Source: Octopus vulgaris (lineage: Eukaryota). Taken from it: DNA of 64,000 bases. The stretch spans positions 17,608,001-17,672,000 of the forward strand of contig OX597836.1 of NCBI GenBank assembly GCA_951406725.2. Reading direction: 5' to 3'. Position numbers and translations under genes: made by a program. Each line of letters begins with the position of its first letter. Positions within the stretch are counted from its first letter, which is position 1. Below are positions 29,324 through 43,822 of the stretch, piece by piece. The notes below the pieces were generated by a model. The model searched no databases. It was not told the origin of the DNA and saw only the letters and a program-made list of their open reading frames with translations.

Positions 29324-30930
29324 GTTGCATCAGCAACAAATAGTATTACCACCACTACCACCACCAACACCACTACCACCACGACCAGCACGACCACCAC
29401 TACCGCAATATCACATCCAACAATATTACCACCAACTTCACCGTTACATGTATCATCAGCACCTCCATCACAATATCCACCACAGTCACTACCACCACTG
29501 CCGCCACCCCCACCCCGCCACCACAACAACATCGACAACTATCAACATCAACAGCACTAGAATTAACACAGCCACATCCATCACTACATCCATCACTACA
29601 TCCATCACCAGCACCACCACTTCATCCATCACTATCATCATCACGGTCATCATCAGCACGTTTCCTACCAACGACAGCAACATCACCGCATGCTAAAACA
29701 TCACTCGCCTTCACAACATCATCAACAAAACAGCAACGCACACCACATCACACCATACCATACTATACCACTCAACACAATGCAAAAGCACAGCACACCA
29801 CCGCAGACTACACCACCCTACAGCAATGCCAAGTGAACAAAACATCGCATTATCATATCTTGGACACGTACAACACATTACATTATACATAACACGCAAA
29901 CACCATACAATACTTAAAACACACATAAAACACACATATACAAAATGTACACAAGCACATAGCAATACGACAACCATAACTATTTTGTCGTGTGATAAAT
30001 GATGTCAGATCTGTGAAAAATATGAAATGACATCTGAAAAGTTTTAATATTTTAAATCCCCTGCCAGCCTCTCTTTCTCAATTTTATATTAGCCATACCC
30101 CTGTCAAAATCTCTGGCAGATACTGAAACGAAGTTCTTAAACCGAAACTGGGAGGTTTGGGGGATGAATGAAGGCTTTGTGGTGTTTCTTCTGTGAGGAA
30201 ATGATGCAGGCAATTGATGGTGTTGTGGGCGTTGAGTTCTATCTTGTCAAAATATCAACTTGAGAGATTTTTACGTCGTTCGTTGGTTGTTTTGTCTTCT
30301 TTGTTGCTGGTGTATTCCCACACTTTTAGTTTTCCCTTTGGCAATAAATCTCTTCGATGAAGGTTGGCTGAGGGGTGACCACCACTACTGCCACTATCAC
30401 CACCACCAAAACCGCCACCAGCAACAACGGCATCACGACCGCCGCCACTGCCACCATCACCACCACGACCACCATCACGACGACGACGACCACCATCACG
30501 ACGACGACGACCACCACCACCACCACTATCACCATCATACAACTACCATAACCACCCCTACCAGCATCACCGCCTACAAAAACAAGATCGAAATCATCAC
30601 TAGAACCTGCACCTCCAAAATCACCTCCACCACGAATACCACCACTAAACCAACCACCAAAACCGCTACAGAAACACTACCACCAACTCCAGCAACAGCA
30701 GCAGCAGCAGCAGCAGCCGTTCAACAATTCAGACCTGGACATCTCCATTTCCAGCGACTTCGCGGGCCACCACCCAGTGGTGTCGGGCGTCAACGAAGAG
30801 TCCTCGACTACAACAAGATGATCAAAGTTTTTTTCCAAGGTCTGGGGTCTCCCTCCCCTAAGCCCTAGACCATCACCTAATCACCCTTACCCGCCTTAAC
30901 AACAACAACAACAACAACAGCAGCAGCAGC
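27860..30930. repeat. 3-kb mosaic of trinucleotide repeats (CAA, CAG, CAC, CAT, TAA, TAC)
   Basis: Direct reading; mostly C/A-rich on the + strand, no consistent open frame. Confidence 0.9.
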
Positions 30931-31211
30931 AGTTTCACCAACACCTTTAACGAATCAGCCTCCGATTCCTGTGATATTTTCTATAAACTGACGAAGCGAG
31001 TTCAGTTTAGTCTACCGTGTAAGTGTAACTGACGAGGATTAATTCAATCCGGGATCGTCGCGGATTTACACACTTCGCTTGCTGTAGGGAGGTTGGTTTC
31101 CTTTGTCAGTCAATAGATAAGTGCTTTGCCCGAGGCTAAGAGTTGTTTTGACTCATATTTCTAGCAATGCTGGTGCTTATTTGCACCCTTAGTCACTTTA
31201 GTGACGATTGT

Positions 31212-31242
<31 letters not shown>

Positions 31243-31309
31243 CACACACACATACGCACACAAACACGTACACACAGACCGCATATATATGTTACTTGTT
31301 TCAGTCATT

Positions 31310-31990
31310 GCGTTTGAATGGATTCCTTGGTCATATTGGCGATATGAGGGTGGGCGTTGTCGTGCAGCAGAAGAACCCCATGCCGCCGATTAGGTATTTT
31401 CTCTTGAACAGCCATGTTGAGTCATTCCATCCGTTGAGCAAAGAGTTCTGCGTTGACCGTTTGGTTCCGTTCAAGCAATTCATAATGGATAATCCCTTCC
31501 CAGTCCCACCATACGTACAACATCATTTTACGAGGATGAAGATCTTCTATCACGCGCGGTGTCGCGTGTTTACCGGGGCTAAGCCATTCCTTACGCTGCT
31601 TCATATTGATGTACAGGCAGCATTTTTTGTTGCCAGTAACGATTTGGTAAAGAAATCGTTGCTTGTGTCCATGAGTTGAACGATGACTAGTAAGCAAACC
31701 AGCGGAGATTGTGGCTCCTTGATTTTTATTGTTGTCACTTAAAGAATGCGGAACCCATACTCCATACTCCCGAACCTTTCCCATCGAGTGAAGATGATTC
31801 TCTATAGCAGTGTTGGAGCATTCCATTTTCTCTGCCAGTTCCCTTGTCGTTTGTCGAGAATTTTCAGGCCAGAATGAGCTGCGTCTTTGAGGTCAAAATT
31901 TCCATTTTGAACTTGGCTCCATACACAGCAAAAATGTTGCGAGCAGCTTCTGCGGCCTTAGAACCTTGATTAAAAGCAAAAAGAAGGTAC
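31310..31990 (-). pseudogene. decayed mariner transposase
   Basis: LLFAFNQGSKAAEAARNI, WVPHSL, IVTGNKK (IVTGDEKW), LHPRKMMLYVWWDWEGIIHYELL. Confidence 0.92.
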
Positions 31991-32169
31991 AGCATATCGT
32001 TTCTCAATTTCTGCGTGGGTGAATTGTGTCATGGTGCTGTTTTTCTTACAGACGGTGCCCCACTGACCCTACCATGCAGTGTAGTCGAGAAAATAAAAAA
32101 AAGAAACAATGTGCTTGCACGAAATTAAAATAATTATAAAATGGTGACAATTTAGCCACCGCACCCTCT

Positions 32170-32202
32170 GTATGTATGTATGTATGTATGTATGTATGTA
32201 TG

Positions 32203-32233
<31 letters not shown>

Positions 32234-32523
32234 TGTATGTATGTATGTATGTAATGTATGTATATATGTATTTATGTATGTATGTATGTATGTATGTATG
32301 TATGTATGTATGTATGTATGTATGTATGTATGTATGTATGTATGTATGTATGTATGTATGTATGTATGTATGTATGTATGTATGAATGTATGTATGTATG
32401 TATGTATGTATGTATGTATGTATGTATGTATTTATGTATGTATGTATGTATGTATGTAATGTATGTATGTATGTAATGTATGTATGTATGTAATGTATGT
32501 ATGTATTTATGTATGTATGTATG

Positions 32524-32554
<31 letters not shown>

Positions 32555-32572
32555 TGTATGTATGTATGTAGG

Positions 32573-32603
<31 letters not shown>

Positions 32604-32969
32604 ACACACACACATAATCCTCTACTTGTTTCAGTCATTCGACTATGGCCATGCTGGGGTACCACACTCATACGCACACACACACTCACACACACATACA
32701 CACATACTTCCACACACATATACACATGCGTCTTGGGACTGTTGAGATTTGATGCGAACCTCGATGCAATTTGGCGAAAGATTAGCGTGTTGACAGTAAG
32801 TCGACAGCAGATGAGATGATGTAAATACCTATATATCATAATAAAAATACATGCACATCTGTCTGTCTGTCTGTCTATCCATCCATCCATCCATCCATCC
32901 ACCTACCTACCTACCTACCTACCTACCTACCTACCTACCTATCTATCTGTCTATCTGTCTGTCTATCTG

Positions 32970-33007
<38 letters not shown>

Positions 33008-33056
33008 CATCCATCCATCCATCTATCTGTCTGTCTATCTATCCATCCATCCATCC

Positions 33057-33115
<59 letters not shown>

Positions 33116-33131
33116 CATCTATCTATCTATC

Positions 33132-33173
<42 letters not shown>

Positions 33174-33190
33174 CCTACCTACCTACCTAC

Positions 33191-33277
<87 letters not shown>

Positions 33278-33313
33278 CCTACCTACCTACCTACCTACCT
33301 ACCTACCTACCTA

Positions 33314-33379
<66 letters not shown>

Positions 33380-33491
33380 CCCTTCCTCACTCTCTCTCTC
33401 TATATATATAGACGGATAGATAGATATAAATATGTATACATATATACAAATTTAGTATACTTATATACGCGTGTAGGCATGCATATATGTA

Positions 33492-33530
<39 letters not shown>

Positions 33531-33892
33531 GTAAATTCTGTCTCAGAGTATGCATTACGAAAGATTTTGAAAAAATCTGTAGTATTATCGAATAACGGAT
33601 GGATTACTGTTGCATACATGCATGCATACATACACACATGCATATATACACACACACACACATACATACATACATACATACATATATACGTACATTCATA
33701 CATACACACATACATACTTACATACATACATGCATACATACATACATACATTCATACATACACACATACATACATACATACATACATACATACATACATA
33801 CATACATACATACATACATACATACATACATACATACATACATACATACATACATACATACACACATACATACATACATACAGACATACACA

Positions 33893-33968
<76 letters not shown>

Positions 33969-33975
33969 CACCTAT
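32170..33975. repeat. long compound (TATG)n/(ATCT)n/(ACCT)n/(CATA)n microsatellites
   Basis: Direct reading. Confidence 0.95.
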
Positions 33976-34265
33976 ATATATGCGTGGGTACATATATAAA
34001 TGTGTTAGAATTAGAGATAATGAGGGAGGGGGAGTGAAAGAGAGGAAAGTCGAAGCAGGAAGAAGAAAATAATGGGATTTTTGTTGGCGATAAGAACACC
34101 ATCTTGAACAAAAGGCAATACAAGAAAAAACGATCTAAGAAAACGAAAAAAGCACGCACTCTCACGAACATACACACATGTGCACATACATACACGTACA
34201 CACACATACACGTGCACGCACATACATTGACTTACACGAATCTGCGCATAGATTCGCACAGAGAT

Positions 34266-34325
<60 letters not shown>

Positions 34326-34414
34326 AGACATATACAGAAAGACAAAGAGACACAGACAGACGCATGTATGCGTTCACACGCGTACATAACAAAAGTTAAG
34401 AGAATATTAAAGCG

Positions 34415-34440
34415 TAATAATAATAATAATAATAATAATG

Positions 34441-34530
<90 letters not shown>

Positions 34531-34793
34531 TTAATAATCATCATAATATTAACATTTATAATAATAATAATAATAATCATAATAGTAATATTAATATTCA
34601 TAATAATAACATTAATAACAATCATAGTAATATTAGCAGTAATTGTAGTAGTAGCTGTAGTAGTAGTAGCAGCAGCGGCAACAGCAGCATTGGTAGTTGT
34701 AGATATGATAGTAGTAGTAGTTATAATAATGATACTAATAATTATTATTGTACGAAAAATAACAATAATAAAAATAGCAATAATGATAATAAC

Positions 34794-34829
<36 letters not shown>

Positions 34830-34867
34830 TAATAATAATAATAATAATAATAACAATAATAATAATG

Positions 34868-34924
<57 letters not shown>

Positions 34925-35370
34925 TGATGATGATGAAGATGAAGATGAAGAAGAAGAAGAAGAAGAAGAAGAAGAAGAAGAAGAAGAAGAAGAAGAAGAA
35001 GAAGAATTTGGAGAAGAAGAAGAAGAAGAAGAAGAAGGAAAAGAAGAAGAAGGAAAAGAAGAAGAAGGAAAAGAAGAAGATGAAGAAGAAGAAAGAAGAA
35101 AGAAGAAAGAAGACGAACAAGAAATAAAATGGCGGCTCCAATAAAATAAATATGAAATTGACAATAAATAAATTGTCGTTGTCGTCGTCGTCGTCGTCGT
35201 TGTTGTTGTCGTCTGCGAACGCTGAAAGTAAGGTGAGTTTAAGATTATCCGAAATGATAAAGACAGAACAATTGATTGCCACCATGAAATTAAAAGCTAT
35301 ATTAGCGGCCACACGTAACAACAACAACAACAACAACAACAAAATATGTATTATTGCTAATAATAATAAT
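34415..35370. repeat. (TAA)n/(GAA)n/(GTC)n/(CAA)n trinucleotide mosaic
   Basis: Direct reading. Confidence 0.95.
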
Positions 35371-35889
35371 ATTCACCAAAAATCTACCACAAAACTGATG
35401 TCTCACTTCATAATCATATTTTAGTTTTTTTTCCACCGTTTTGCTCTCTACGTAATATTTTATATTTTATTAGATCTGTATTAATTTCACTTTTTTTTTT
35501 GGTGAAGGTGGGGTGCTGTTTTGTTGGAGTTGTTTTGCATTTTCAATATATTCGTTGCATTTTAGTCGTAGCTTCGTATTTCGTATGTCGTATTCCGTAT
35601 CTATTAGATTTCTAGGGCTTACGTATTTATATTTTCTTATTGTTATTTCTTAAAGAATATTTCATGTCCTATAATTTTTTTTCTCATGTATACTCACATT
35701 ATATTGTATGTATGCATGTGGTTATTTAGGTGTATATATGCGTGTGTGTGTATGTGTGCGTTATGTTTATGTGTTTGGGTATGAATATACCCATGTGTAT
35801 ATGTGCATGTTTACGCTCTTATTTGTGTACGAATATGTATTCATATAGTCATATAGACATATATATGTATACTGTATCAATGTATATCT

Positions 35890-35937
<48 letters not shown>

Positions 35938-35942
35938 GATAG

Positions 35943-35994
<52 letters not shown>

Positions 35995-36169
35995 GTACAT
36001 ACATATATGCATTTCTAATACATATGTGCGCGCACACATTTATGTATATGTGTGTGTGTGTAGTATATACACCTGTATATGTGTTTATGTGCGAACCTCA
36101 GACTTATAGAGACGTACATGCATATGAATGTATAACGTATTTATATATATACGAGATAATATATATATC

Positions 36170-36384
36170 GTTTACTCTTTTACTTGTTTCAGTCATTTGA
36201 CTGCGGCCATGCTGGAGCACCGCCTTTAATCGAGCAACTCGACCCCGGGACTTCTTTTTTTGGTAAGCCCAGTACTTATTCTATCGGTCTCTTTTTGCCG
36301 AACCGCTAAGTAACGGGGACATAAACACACCAGCATCGGTTGTCAAGCAATGCTAGGGGGACAAACACAGACACACAAACACAT

Positions 36385-36450
<66 letters not shown>

Positions 36451-36612
36451 GACACGCTTCTTTCAGTTTCCGTCTACCAAATCCACTCACAAGGCATTGG
36501 TCGACCCGGGGCTATAGCAGAAGACACTTGCCCAAGATTCCACACAGTGGGACTGAACCCGGAACCATGTGGTTGGTTAGCAAGCTACTTACCACACAGC
36601 CACTCCTGCGCC
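36170..36612 (-). mobile_element. SINE A
   Basis: Full-length family match. Confidence 0.95.
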
Positions 36613-36710
36613 TAATAACTTCTAATAAATTCTATACACAAACCTAGTGACACTCGTACGTACACAAATATATGCATACATTTTTCTGTGTGCCTGCGTG
36701 TGTGTATCTC

Positions 36711-36743
<33 letters not shown>

Positions 36744-36759
36744 GTGTATGATTTAAATT

Positions 36760-37425
36760 AAGTGATAAAAACAAAAGCAAAAGCAAAAATGTATATATGA
36801 TATACCCTAAAAAGAAAAGGACCTATGCATAGCACACAAAGGTAAAAAAAAACAAAAAAATATCGGGATGGGGAGGATGATGAAGATTTGGACCTTCTGA
36901 TACAAGAACGCCTCTAGGCATAATCAAGGAGCCTTAATGTCCGAGATATCCCCAAACCCTAGTGCGTTCTCCAATTCCATCTCTCCGACTAGCATATTTA
37001 CACTTCGAGAGATACCATCCACTCTTGCCATTTTTGCAACTTTCATCCAGCTTTCAGTAAACTCACTCGAGGAGGACAGCATTTCTCTCTCCACTCTCGA
37101 TTTCATTCTCGAGTGAAACTTGAAGAGGTCAATGAGAGCTCTACTAAAGAGGAATGATATTTGTCCTCATGCCTTTTAGCCTTGTCGACCGAACGACTTC
37201 TTTCGCCACAGCCACCAAGCAGAGGAAAACTGCCTTGCCTGCCCGGCGTTACGATCATCACTGTAGACTCGGCCGACAGACGGATCCGCCCCACACGTGT
37301 CAGCAGCTATTCGACATAACCCTACAAGTCAGCAATGCCCGGATACTGAACGTGGCATGCAGAACTGTTTCGTTACTCAGCGCGCACCACGGACAAGTCC
37401 GTTTGACAGCAACATCCGTGCCTTA
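36760..37425 (-). pseudogene. 5'-truncated L1/Tx1-clade LINE 3' end
   Basis: Minus: TCPWCALSNETVLHA (CCHC-type finger), GRIRLSAES, AVFLCLVAVAKEVV, LFKFH, RVEREMLSSSEFTESW; U-rich 3' UTR. Confidence 0.72.
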
Positions 37426-37451
37426 GAATTTATCTCGAACCGGTAGCACTG

Positions 37452-37771
<320 letters not shown>

Positions 37772-38085
37772 TCTTGGTATAAAAGATGGGCTACAGCAAA
37801 TATTCTGCTCAGAACCACAGATTTGCTTGTAAATTGCTTGACCTTAACCAGTTGAGCATGTTTCTTAGTGGCTGAAAATCAGTACTTCTGATCACGAGCA
37901 GAAGTAGTGGGGGAGCATCATAGCCATGTGTTGAGAGGGATTCTTTGGGGTTTGAATGATTCACCTCTGGAAACATGGGTGTTTCGTTCAACATCATTAA
38001 ACAACCCTTATTCAGGGACCTTTTGAGCGGGATGGTTTACTCGACCAGAAGAAAATTCTAACTGAGCCCCACCTGCAAGGTCATA

Positions 38086-38900
38086 AAATGTTCGGCAAGT
38101 TCTGTCGAATTACTGCTATTGTGTCTGACACCATATCTGTGTCCATTAAATCTTTTGTTGAATTGTTCTGTTGTACAACCAACATAAATCAAGTTGTGTT
38201 TTGTGCATTTTGCCGTGAACACCAAACGGGAATCTCTAGACGTCCCACCTTCCGTTATGATTCCTAATGGAATTCACTTGTCTCATGCTGTTGCACAGTG
38301 AACAGGGCTTATCTTTTCAAGGCACAGCGTGCAGAAACTCCAATGTTAGTTTTCTTGGAGTTAGAAGCAGAGGTTAATAGTTCTCATATTTTTATTCCGT
38401 CCAAAGTCTATAATAGGCTGCTGAGGAAATATTTGTTTGAAACGAGGATATTTTTCGCGACATGCTCGTAATTTTGAAATGCCAGCGAAATTTCGGTGTC
38501 AGTTAATCACGAAAGTAATTCTGTCACATATTGTACTAAAATTATGTGTGAAAGTTTGACTTTCGTTGCTATGTCATTTGCTATTTCCTTTAATCGCGAT
38601 CCGCTGTAACCGCGAGTGACATAATACAAAAGCATTTGCGTGTTTCCACACAAATTTATGTGTTTCCCCTATGTTAGTACAAATCCGTTTTATCCTCACA
38701 AATTGGCATTTCGGATTTGACCGAATTATATGATGTGGATGATCGGAACGTCGGTGGAGGTAAATGAGGTATAACGTGGGCTTGCAAAATAATTCACTCA
38801 CTATTCTGTTTCCAGAAAACTTAACTTTTGTGTGCAAAAATTCAACGCTTCCTTTTGAAAAAACTAGACCTAAATTTTATGTTGAATCTGCTACACTTAC
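38086..38900 (-). pseudogene. Penelope-like element ORF relic (RT thumb + GIY-YIG endonuclease)
   Basis: VEFLHTKV...LFCKPT...YLHRRSDHPHH...QFVRIKRICT (38837-38574); downstream LVFTAKCTKHNLIYVGCTTEQFNKRFNGHR...TELAEHF (~38230-38086). Confidence 0.85.
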
Positions 38901-39177
38901 AGAGATATGTTTGCGGGTCATGAACATCACGCTCTGAAGGGATGAATAAGATGAGAGTAGAGTTTCATCATATTTACACAAAACTGTTTGATTAAATATT
39001 CTTCTTAATTTTCCTTTCCTTTTTCTTTTCTTATTTACTTTCTTTCATCCATTACCAGTTGTAAACTTGAAATTTGAAGGCTGATGATGTCGTTCCATCA
39101 ATGTGGGGACGCTGGTTGCTCTCGTTCACATTTAGGATTTGAATTTCTATAATTTTGAATTTTTATCACTTTCCATT

Positions 39178-39220
39178 TTGAACTCGACAAAGACAGGCTA
39201 GCTGTCGAAATATCGCTCAA
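39178..39220 (+). ncRNA. degenerate minimal type I hammerhead-like motif next to the Penelope relic
   Basis: ttgaac-TCGACAA-a-gacag gctag ctgtc-GAAA-ta-TC-gctcaa followed by aataaa. Confidence 0.4.
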
Positions 39221-39351
39221 CCAATAAAAGATCTACTGCAATCGCATCTCGCTTTTCATATTATCTGATAATAATAATAATACTAATAATGATGATGATG
39301 ATGATGATGATGATAATGATGATGATGATGATGATAATAATAATAATAATA

Positions 39352-39392
<41 letters not shown>

Positions 39393-39419
39393 AATGCTGA
39401 AAATAATAATAATTCCTTC

Positions 39420-39965
39420 TAGTTTTGGCACAAGATCAGCAATTTCATCAGAGAAGCGGGTCAGTCGATTACATTGACCCAAAGATTTAACTGGTACTTA
39501 TTTTATCGACCCTGAAAGTATGAAAGGCAAAGTCGACCTCAACGGAATTTGAACTCAGTACGCAAAGAAGAGCGAAATGCCGCTAAGAATTTTGCCGGCC
39601 ATAATAACGATTCTTTCAGCATTCTTAATGGTTTCAAGTTTCGACACGAGGCCAGTAGTATTTTATGGAAGGGTAAGTCGACAACATTTCCTCCATCGAC
39701 TCCGAAGGGAGAAAAGCAAAGTTAATCTTGGCGGAATATGAACGCAGAACGTAAAGACGGAAGAAATGCCGCTACGTATTTTGGCCTGTGTGCATCCGAT
39801 TCTGCGCAGTCACCGCCTTAATAATTCGTTCAAATTTTGGCACATGGCCATCAATTTATTGGTGGATGGGGGACGGGACAAGTCAATTACATAGACCCCC
39901 CAGAGTTCAAATGGTATTTATTTTATCGATCTCAGAAAAATAAGAGGTAAAGTCGACTTCGGTGG
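39420..39965 (-). mobile_element. three tandem degenerate SINE B-family copies
   Basis: Repeated ggcacaag/gacacgaggcc...gtcga...tttatcga...aaagtcgac...ggaatttgaac blocks. Confidence 0.75.
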
Positions 39966-40179
39966 AATAAGGATAATAATGACAAGAAGAAAATTAACGA
40001 GTAGATGAGGAAGGAGAAAGAAAAATATAAGGAGGAGTAGGAGAAGAAGAAGAAGAAGAAGAAAAGAAGGAGAAGAAGAAGAAGAAGAAGAAGAAGAAGA
40101 ACAACAACAACAAATGGTATACATTTTAAAATCTTAGCCAGAATATCAACGAGTTCGGAGATCTGTCTATGGTTTTGCA

Positions 40180-40530
40180 TCGAGAGAGAGATAGAGAAAA
40201 AGGAGAGGGAGAAACAGAGAGAGAGAGAGAGAGAGAGAAGGAGAAACAGAGAGGAGGGGGACAGAGATAAAGAGAAAGTGAGAGGAGGGAGCGAGAGAGA
40301 GATAAAAAGAGAGAGAGGAAAAGAGATGGAGAGAGAGGGAGAGAGATAAAGAGAGAGTGAGAGGAGGGAGTGAGAGAGATAAAAAGAGAGAGAGGAAAAG
40401 AGATGGAGAGAGAGAGAGAGATAAAGAGAGAGTGAGAGGAGGGAGAGAGAGATAAAGAGAGAGAGAGAAAAATGGATGGAGAGAGGGAGAGAGGTAGAGA
40501 GAGAGAGGCAGAGAGAGAGAGAGAGGCAAC
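40180..40530. repeat. (GA)-rich polypurine tract with ~78-bp higher-order repeat
   Basis: gataaagaga.agtgagaggaggga recurs at ~40266, ~40345 and ~40420. Confidence 0.85.
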
Positions 40531-40821
40531 ATAACATATAAATAAATAATCATTTAAAAAATATATTAGATTAAGAAATATTATTGAGTGGTTGATGGCA
40601 AAATTTGCTGCCCGACAATAGTAATAATTTATATTAATATAATTTATATTAAACATTTTCCAGACTGGGAATTGCAAGTATAATCTCGTGGCGGTTGTAA
40701 TTTTGAAAAAAGAAATATATTAAATATCTTTCACTGATTTTTTTTTTATGCTCCAGAGATCATTTCACTCAATGAAAATATTTTATTTAAAATTTACATT
40801 ATATATATATATGTATATGTA

Positions 40822-40968
<147 letters not shown>

Positions 40969-40994
40969 CTATCTATCAATCTATCTATCTTTCT

Positions 40995-41650
40995 CTGCAT
41001 TAATTTGTCAAAAGCTTGGCGATTCCTGCTCAGAAGCCTACGCAAAGTTTTCAAGAAGCTTTCATCGTTCTCGACACAATCAAGGAGGTCTTGTGCAACT
41101 GAAACCCGAGTGTCTTTTTGGTCAGTTGAAAGTAGTTTTGGCGCAAACGTAGCAGGCACGTATCTCATACCCAAAATCTTCAGTGATAATGGACTGAACT
41201 GAACCGTAGCTAATTTGTACATCATTTGATAACTCACACATAGTGATTCGATGATTTCCCCTCACAGCTGCATGCACGTCTACCTGCTGATTGCGGGTCT
41301 TCCAGAACGTTCGTCAATATCAACATTTTTACGGCCATCTTACAAACATCTGAACCACTCGTACACTTTTTCTGTGCGGTTACACGTACTCTGTGCGGTT
41401 CATACACTCCTCTCCATACACTTTCTGCAATTTCTCGAAGGCCTCTGAGCAGGTATTGCCATGATAACTTCCGCCGTCATGGTCAATGCGACGATCACAC
41501 GCTACACAACTTCCTTCCAAGTACTGCTGTAAACAGAAGTGGGCTAGAACGTTAAAAAAAGTGCACATGTACAGCAGAGTTTAAGTTCAATCTATACTTT
41601 AGCTTCTTTACTATGGCGGGAGTCCGGATACTTATTGATCAGACCTCGTA
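40995..41650 (-). pseudogene. rearranged mariner relic with TIR
   Basis: Minus begins TAcgaggtctgatcaataagtatccggac; peptides SEAFEKLQKVYGEECM, LGMRYVPATFAPKLLSTDQKDTRVSVAQDLL. Confidence 0.85.
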
Positions 41651-41696
41651 TACATACATGTGTACACGCACATACGTATGTTTGTAGTCATACATA

Positions 41697-41913
41697 TACT
41701 CTTTTACTCTTTACTTGTTTCAGTCATTTGACTGCGGCCATGCTGGAGCACCGCCTTCAGTCGAGCAAATCGACCCCGGAACTTATTCTTTGTAAGCCCA
41801 GTACTTATTCTATCGGATTCTTTTGCCGAACCGCTAAGTGACAGGGACGTAAACACACCAGCATCGGTTGTCAAGCAATGCTAGGGGGACAAACACAAAC
41901 ATATACACACACA

Positions 41914-41955
<42 letters not shown>

Positions 41956-42120
41956 TACGACAGGCTTCTTTCAGTTTCCGTCTACCCAATCCACTCACAA
42001 GGCATTGGTCGGCCCGGGGCTATAGCAGAAAACACTTGCCCAAGATGCCACGCAGTTGGACTGAACCCGGAACCATGTTGTTGGTTAGCAAGCTACTTAC
42101 CACACATCCACTCCTGCGCC
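41697..42120 (-). mobile_element. SINE A
   Basis: Full-length family match. Confidence 0.95.
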
Positions 42121-42610
42121 TATATGTGTGTTATCATTATTAATTATTATCTTCATGTGGTCCTAAGCCTTTATTCTGCTTATTGTTTTGTCCCCCGTCC
42201 CTCCACTAACGGTCTCGTCTTGAGCCCGTTTCGATTTATGTTTAGGTTCCATTCCCGGCAACATTCTTGTCTGTGTCTCCAGAGTGGAAGCAATATTATC
42301 GATAATGGCTGAAATTGCGTTTGACCCTCTGGCCGATAACTGATGAAGCATTGGTGACCTACTGTGTTTTCTGTCCGTCTGTGTATTTAATATATGTTCA
42401 TTTGTATTTAGTATATGTTTATTTACTACACGTGTTTTAATTATATATATAGGTAGGACATATTTTTCGTTTGTTGTCTTTTTATTTAATCCTGAATATA
42501 TATATATATACGTTTAAATATTTGTTGTGCAAGATTTTTTATGTGAAGTCGTGTGTTGAAACAGATATTGTTATATTGGCTAAACTGGCAATATGACCAT
42601 TCCGAAATAT

Positions 42611-42730
<120 letters not shown>

Positions 42731-43822
42731 AATGTACAAACATAAACATACATACACACGCATATATCTATATGCATAATTATATATATATATACACATA
42801 CATACATATATACATACAAACATACATATATACATATATGTATATGTGTGTGTATACACACACACTCACATATATCTACACACACATGCATATGTATACA
42901 TTCGTCAGCAGGGCTCTCCATTTATAATCTTCTCCATTACACCTATTATCCATCAAACAAAGGAATGAAAGGAATCATATAATGATCAACTTCTATCAAA
43001 TCCCATATCACCTTCAAATATCGGCTGCCAGCCATTGAAAATCGTTCTAGCCAATAATAACCAACAACAACTTCGTCTCCACATTTGTGTCCCCTATTGC
43101 ATGTAACAAGCCCCTGAGTAAAGTTGCTGTAAATCATACAGTTCTCAATGAGAACTCTGCTACTTCTAATGAATCGTTTTTAGCGATAGAGATGTAATTG
43201 CGGCAGCCTTCGATATATTTCCTTCAACACACTGTTCGACACGCTATAATTTATAGCTTCATCTACTTCGAGTTATATCGTTAAAGACGATTTATATAAT
43301 GTCTCTGGAAGTCTCTAAATTTTTATATCTGTTACATGTATTTAACTACTTTTCTTAGTCGCCCTTCTAAACTTATAATTGTTCCTATTCGATCATGAAG
43401 AACATAAAACATTGATGTGACGATAAAGGAACTTCCCTGCGTTATTTATTTCTTTGAAGGCCATTAAGATTATGGTTGTACTCATTGAGGAAATTACAAG
43501 CTTCATCAAATGCATGGAGTGAAATTCTTCGGTTTAGAAAAAGCACAAGCGACAAACCTGCTGACAGGTATGAATTAAAAAAAAACAGAAAGTCGTTTCA
43601 GTCTTAAATAAGGAATTCAAACTCTAAGAATTTGATCTCGTAAAGTTGTGAAATTCGTCATAAACCTTTACAGATGTTCAAATTCCATTCTCTGGAAGGA
43701 ACTGGTCGAAGTGTCGTATTGCGCAAGAACAATGAAATCGGTGATGGATTCTGTATTTCCAATTCCACATACACTTCCTGTTATAAACTAGCAGCATAAG
43801 ATATCAATACCAATAATTTCAA

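Noticed and set aside
28776-30868. 306-aa and 202-aa Thr/His/Pro-rich ORFs resembling mucin or transcription-factor tails
   Set aside because: Built from frame-switching triplet repeats; no domain or splice evidence.
42900-43800. Faint RTE reverse-transcriptase traces on minus strand (VEGKYI, FTATL, LAADI)
   Set aside because: Too degraded to delimit or confirm by eye.
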